From positions 210,524 through 268,154 of the forward strand of contig JANLHP010000017.1 of assembly GCA_024654445.1 (NCBI GenBank): DNA of 57,631 nt. Reading direction: 5' to 3'. Shown in pieces: positions 53,368 to 57,631 of the stretch. The notes beneath the pieces are model-generated. The model was not told the DNA's origin, made no database searches, and saw nothing but the letters and a program-made list of their open reading frames with translations. Both the position numbers and the translations under genes were made by a program. Within the stretch, counting starts at the first letter, position 1, and every line of letters starts with the position of its first letter. The DNA comes from Candidatus Curtissbacteria bacterium (lineage in GTDB: Bacteria; Patescibacteriota; Microgenomatia; Curtissbacterales; GWA2-41-24).

Positions 53368-53706
53368 TCATATATTGTCGTCGCTCACCAGGTGAAAATG
53401 TAAATGGGGAGTGTCTTGGTATTTGCCCAGATTATTCATTAATCTTAGGCCGTCTTTTTCGATATTCAAAGTAGTTGCAATTTTCTTTATCACTTCTACT
53501 ATTTCCAAGATTAGATCTTTGTGTTCTTCTTTCAAGCTCAAGATGTCATGAATATGTTCTTTAGGGACAAGAATAATGTGGATCTTGTATTTTGGCCTTG
53601 TGTGATAAAAAGCCAGAACCTTTTCCGACTCATAAACTTTTTTAACTGGTGTCTTTCCAGAAATTGCTTCCTCGCAATAAAAATCAAAGTTTCCAACCTT
53701 AGCCAT
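53368..53706 (-). CDS. HIT-family protein
   Basis: DFYC, HIILVPKEH, HLHFH. Confidence 0.93.
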   Translation of the reverse strand: MAKVGNFDFYCEEAISGKTPVKKVYESEKVLAFYHTRPKYKIHIILVPKEHIHDILSLKEEHKDLILEIVEVIKKIATTLNIEKDGLRLMNNLGKYQDTPHLHFHLVSDDNI

Positions 53707-53752
53707 TATTCAGGATGTAGGGTTCGCTTCCTATGGTACTGATATTGTCACC

Positions 53753-53812
53753 CTCCGCGGGTAGGATACCATTTACCAGGGGTACTTTGCTTCGCAAAGT
53801 TGCCCGAACCTA
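53753..53812 (-). other. Isolated tRNA 3' piece (Asn-like acceptor) with hairpin insert in the T-loop
   Basis: TAGGTTCG-[GGCAACTTTGCGAAGCAAAGTACCCCTGGTAAATGGT]-ATCCTACCCGCGGAG. Confidence 0.6.
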
Positions 53813-53953
53813 AGTAGGTTCAATCCAAAACCGAAACAGAAAATTTGCTACCAATGTGGCAATAAATTTTCTGCTCGAGAACTGGATCTCTTACAGAGAA
53901 ATTGTCTGGATCTCCCAGCTGGAATATCCAGAATTTACCAAGAAACACACTGA

Positions 53954-55099
53954 TCAACTTCTTGCTTCACTCACAGTTTTATATGCCTTGATATAGTTTT
54001 CTACCATTTCCTCAATAGTAAACCTCTTTTTTACCTCTTCCCGACATGCTTTTCGCATAGCAAGAGACTTATTTTCAGACATCGAATAAATTCTTTCAAC
54101 CGCTTCGATCAGTCCCTCGACGCCTGTTTTCTTAATAATCCAGTCTCCCCGAATGTCCTCATCTGAAGAGTTAACGATAAAACCGGTCACGCCATCTTTG
54201 ATTATTTCAGGAATAGAGCCTTTTGCATATGCAACAACCGGTGTCCCGCAACTCATGGCTTCAATAAGAACAAGCCCAAATGATTCTTCGTACCCAACAG
54301 GAAAGAGAAATAATTTACTGGTTTGAAAATGCTCTACCAGTTGAAGTCTCTGCAAACCCATTTCAAGAGAAATTGGCACAGGACGATTAGCAACATTGAT
54401 TTTATTAAGAACTGTTTTTTGTAACCACACCTGGTGTTCTTTTCTTTGAATTCCAAATAACTTTGCTTCATGTTTTACTCTATCTGCCACTTCAACAACA
54501 ATATCTATACCTTTTTCAGGAATTGCCCTGCCAGCCCACATAATACTTTCTCCACCTGTTGAGTTAAATTGAAAAACTTTCGTGTCTATTCCGTGATAAA
54601 TCGCTGTAAGATAGTTGAGACTTGGTAGGAGTTTCCGTTGCGCGTTGCTGGCAGAAATAAAGAATACATTTGGGCTTTGCTTATAGAGAGAAAAATATTT
54701 CCTTATATATTCAGCATCAAGGATATGGTGAATGGTAATCAGCATTGGCTTCTTGACGAATGGATAAAACGGTAAAGCAAGATCTCCATCTCCAATATTT
54801 ATGTGGTACAGATCAAACTGATCCTGCATGGAAAAAGCTTTTGAAAGAAGAGTTAACTCATATAACACATTCTTTCCGCTCGCAAGAAGATCCTCATTTG
54901 CAGATGAAGGATTCTTGTCAATACTGATAGTTTTTACCGGTAACTCTGAGTTTCCCGAAGCAAAGGCAGTTATGGTAATGTTTTCTGATTGTGCATGCTT
55001 AACCAGCTGCGTTATCAAGCTATAATCAAAGATCGCAGTTCCATTGGCTGTTTCTTTCCTAATATTGAAATAATTTGAGCACACTATGGCAATCTTCAT
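53954..55099 (-). CDS. GT4 (GT-B) glycosyltransferase
   Basis: IYHGID, GRAIPEKG, ESFGLVLIEAMSCGTPVVA, DGVTGF. Confidence 0.93.
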   Translation of the reverse strand: MKIAIVCSNYFNIRKETANGTAIFDYSLITQLVKHAQSENITITAFASGNSELPVKTISIDKNPSSANEDLLASGKNVLYELTLLSKAFSMQDQFDLYHINIGDGDLALPFYPFVKKPMLITIHHILDAEYIRKYFSLYKQSPNVFFISASNAQRKLLPSLNYLTAIYHGIDTKVFQFNSTGGESIMWAGRAIPEKGIDIVVEVADRVKHEAKLFGIQRKEHQVWLQKTVLNKINVANRPVPISLEMGLQRLQLVEHFQTSKLFLFPVGYEESFGLVLIEAMSCGTPVVAYAKGSIPEIIKDGVTGFIVNSSDEDIRGDWIIKKTGVEGLIEAVERIYSMSENKSLAMRKACREEVKKRFTIEEMVENYIKAYKTVSEARS

Positions 55100-55106
55100 A
55101 CTGGGA

Positions 55107-57341
55107 TTATTCTAAACTGACCATTGTTTTTAAGAATTCTGCTGACCATCGGTAAATATTATGGTTTCTCACTGAACTTCGTAATTTCTTCATTCGCTTT
55201 GTCTGTTCAGATGAAGTCATTTTGAGCGCAGTATGGATTGTCTCAGACGTTTGCTCTCCGCTATATGGATTCACAATCAAAGCATCTTTAAATTCTTTTG
55301 AAGCGCCGGTGAACTGGCTTAAAATAAGAACACCTTTCTCGTCATTTCTGGCAGCGACAAATTCCTTAGCAACCAGGTTCATTCCATCATGAAGGGATGT
55401 TACCAGACACAAATCAGCGATCTTATAATACTGATTTAATTCTTCGTGAGTATGGAGTTTTTTGATAAGTACAATCGGCTTCCAGTTTTTAATTCTAAAT
55501 TGTGAATTGACTCGGTCTACTTCTTTTTCTACTGCTTGAGCAAATTCCTGATATTTTTTTATTTTACTCTTTGAAGGCGGGGCAATCTGGATAAAGGTAA
55601 GTTCTTCTCGAAACGACGGATATTTTATAAAGAACAGTTCGATTCCTTTTATACGCTCAAGAATTCCTTTTGTATAATCTAATCGGTCAACGCTAATACC
55701 GATATATTTTGTATCAATGCCAAGGTTTTTCAGAAGCTTTTTACGTTCCTGTGTTTCTTCTTCAGTTACAGCTATCTCTTCATTATTATTAGAAAAAGCG
55801 ATACCCACAGGAAATGGTTTGATAAGGGAAATGTGTTCGTTTCTGGTAACGGTAAATTGCTCAAAATCAATGAGGGACTCAAGCTCCCGTCCGACTGTTT
55901 CTATAAAGTTATTACAGTGCAGCTGCGTATGAAATCCGATAAGATCTGCCCCCAGCATTCCATCTAAAATTTCTTTTTTCTGGGGACAAATACTAAATGA
56001 CTCCGCGCTTACCCATGGAATATGCCAGAAAAGACCGACTGTCGCATCAGGCCTTGCATCTTTGATCATTCGTGGTAGCAGCGCAAAATGAAAGTCTTGA
56101 ATAAAAACAATTGGCTTTTTCAGGTGTTTTATCTCTGACAGTACAGTTTCTGCAAACTTAGCGTTTACTTTTTTATATTGTCCATAATCTTCCTGGCTAA
56201 AAATCGGCCGTGTATGCGCCATGAGGCACAGAGGATAGAGTGCTTCATTTGAAAAACCATAGTAATATCCTTTTTCTTCTTCGTCTGTAAGCCATACTCG
56301 TTTGAGCGTGTATTTTGGATCATTTGGTGGTACTTGAATAGTATCGCTTTTATCAACAACAAGTCTGTCCGCATCTCCGCTTCCGTGAGCAATCCATGTT
56401 CCACCGGTTGCCTGCATGACCGGTTCAATTGCTGTTACCAAACCACTTGCAGGAAGATAATAGTCAATCTTATTGCCATTTTTTGTATGGATGTACGGTT
56501 CTCGATTGGAAACAACAACAATTGTCCGGTCTTTGAGAATATCTTTTGTAAATTGTTTCAACCGTTCAGCAGTCCAAGGAGAATCAAGTTTTTCTAAACT
56601 TACTCGTGCCTCTTCACTTGCTGCGATTCGTGCCTCGAGAAGACTCCTCTGGATATTTGAAATTTCCTTTGTCAGCGGTTGGAATAATAAAGAATTTGCG
56701 AAAAATTTGTTTGTATTACTGTTTCCTGTTCTGGTAGATTTTAATGATTCTGCTAAATTTCTGATTGGTTTAAAGATGAGCCACCGTATTACGAGCAGGA
56801 CAGCAACAGCAGTAAGAAAGATTTGAATAAAAAGTCGTACCAAATTATTTTGCCATATTTCTGTGAGTCTGCTGTCGATATACCCCGCATGCTGCACAAT
56901 CATAAGCGCTCCAACGACGCTTTTTTCATCATGGAGAGGAATTGCTAAAAGATATGTTTTGTTATCATTAAAATCAACAAAGTCGCCATTTGCTTTATCT
57001 CCATCCATAGCGTCTGTTGCAATCTGCTGGGCCTCGTGTATTTCTTTTGGAAGACTGGAGGACACGGCAATGATATTTCCCTTATGATCATATACCGCGA
57101 TGCCTCCGAACCGTTCTCTATTGGCAAATTTCTCTACAACAGCCTGAAGAGACTCGTCTGATTTACTGAGAAAATTAGGTTCAACTGTCTCGCGGAAACT
57201 TTCCGCAAGAAGGGTAGACCGATATTGTAAATCGGTGGTAAGTCTTTGCTCCTCATTACTTGCTTGATTAATAGTAAAGACAATAACAATTAGACTAACT
57301 GTTAAGGCAACTGCTAAAATTGCTGTAATTATCTGTTTCAT
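55107..57341 (-). CDS. otsA: Trehalose-6-phosphate synthase (GT20) fused to N-terminal TM-Cache-like-TM-HAMP sensor
   Basis: VVSNREPY, SGLVTA, YYYGFSNEALYPLC, QDFH, FWHIPW, VDRLDYTKGI, DGMNLVAKEF; first ~250 aa with two TMs. Confidence 0.92.
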   Translation of the reverse strand: MKQIITAILAVALTVSLIVIVFTINQASNEEQRLTTDLQYRSTLLAESFRETVEPNFLSKSDESLQAVVEKFANRERFGGIAVYDHKGNIIAVSSSLPKEIHEAQQIATDAMDGDKANGDFVDFNDNKTYLLAIPLHDEKSVVGALMIVQHAGYIDSRLTEIWQNNLVRLFIQIFLTAVAVLLVIRWLIFKPIRNLAESLKSTRTGNSNTNKFFANSLLFQPLTKEISNIQRSLLEARIAASEEARVSLEKLDSPWTAERLKQFTKDILKDRTIVVVSNREPYIHTKNGNKIDYYLPASGLVTAIEPVMQATGGTWIAHGSGDADRLVVDKSDTIQVPPNDPKYTLKRVWLTDEEEKGYYYGFSNEALYPLCLMAHTRPIFSQEDYGQYKKVNAKFAETVLSEIKHLKKPIVFIQDFHFALLPRMIKDARPDATVGLFWHIPWVSAESFSICPQKKEILDGMLGADLIGFHTQLHCNNFIETVGRELESLIDFEQFTVTRNEHISLIKPFPVGIAFSNNNEEIAVTEEETQERKKLLKNLGIDTKYIGISVDRLDYTKGILERIKGIELFFIKYPSFREELTFIQIAPPSKSKIKKYQEFAQAVEKEVDRVNSQFRIKNWKPIVLIKKLHTHEELNQYYKIADLCLVTSLHDGMNLVAKEFVAARNDEKGVLILSQFTGASKEFKDALIVNPYSGEQTSETIHTALKMTSSEQTKRMKKLRSSVRNHNIYRWSAEFLKTMVSLE

Positions 57342-57631
57342 GGGACTCTATTGTAATCAAGTTGATTCAGTTTTGCTCTGAAAGACAGGTTTTTACAAAG
57401 ACAACGTCATAAACTAGATTAATTGATAGGACTTGTGAACCCCGTGTGTACCTCTGTGTGGCGATTGTAAGAGAGTTTTAACCTCAAGTGGCATATGCAG
57501 ACCTTCTGTGGAGTTATGCAAGGAATTCGGAGAATTACTGACGATGAGTATGACAAATTCTATCAGTCCTTTATCGGGCTCAAAAACCGTTTGATATTAT
57601 CCTCAATTATTCAGATAATCAACGCTGGCTC

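Noticed and set aside
1..57631. Alternative genetic code (UGA=Gly, code 25)
   Set aside because: Core genes are full length in code 11 and several end at TGA (e.g. ZIP, SET)
57345..57631. Possible plus-strand gene start (MQTFCGVMQGIRR...) running off the window
   Set aside because: Under 50 codons visible and no recognisable motif; cannot be supported

Overview
A 57.6-kb bacterial chromosomal window in the standard genetic code. Gene content points to a Patescibacteria (CPR) genome, probably Microgenomates-like; this is an inference. All family assignments are by motif recognition, since no database search was run. Positions 1-17.8 kb hold the CPR type-IV-secretion-like locus: six tandem VirB2/TrbC-like pilins, a secreted lytic-transglycosylase-like protein, a VirB6-like protein, PrgI and a TraC-like start. 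A cobalamin-riboswitch-like RNA and a 1403-aa antisense orphan sit inside this locus. Positions 18-33 kb are largely core: SpoIID-domain protein, tmRNA, smpB, comF, all four tRNA-Ser isoacceptors, tRNA-Arg(GCG), two Nudix genes and dnaG-rpoD. Positions 33-57 kb are accessory: an sxtJ/I/K-like carbamoyltransferase cluster, YfhO, SGNH, Fur/ZIP, ArsR/SRPBCC, a NoeA-like kinase-methyltransferase triad, SET, Csp, HIT, GT4 and a sensor-fused OtsA. Three signals stand out. (i) Intact tRNA-Ser genes are nested inside split tRNA 'shells' whose D- and T-loops are interrupted by structure-conserved hairpin elements. (ii) A cobalamin-riboswitch-like element with a plausible expression platform precedes an orphan Zn-ribbon gene in the secretion locus. 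(iii) Several families of modular, nested palindromic mini-elements are present, two of them inserted in frame into proteins.
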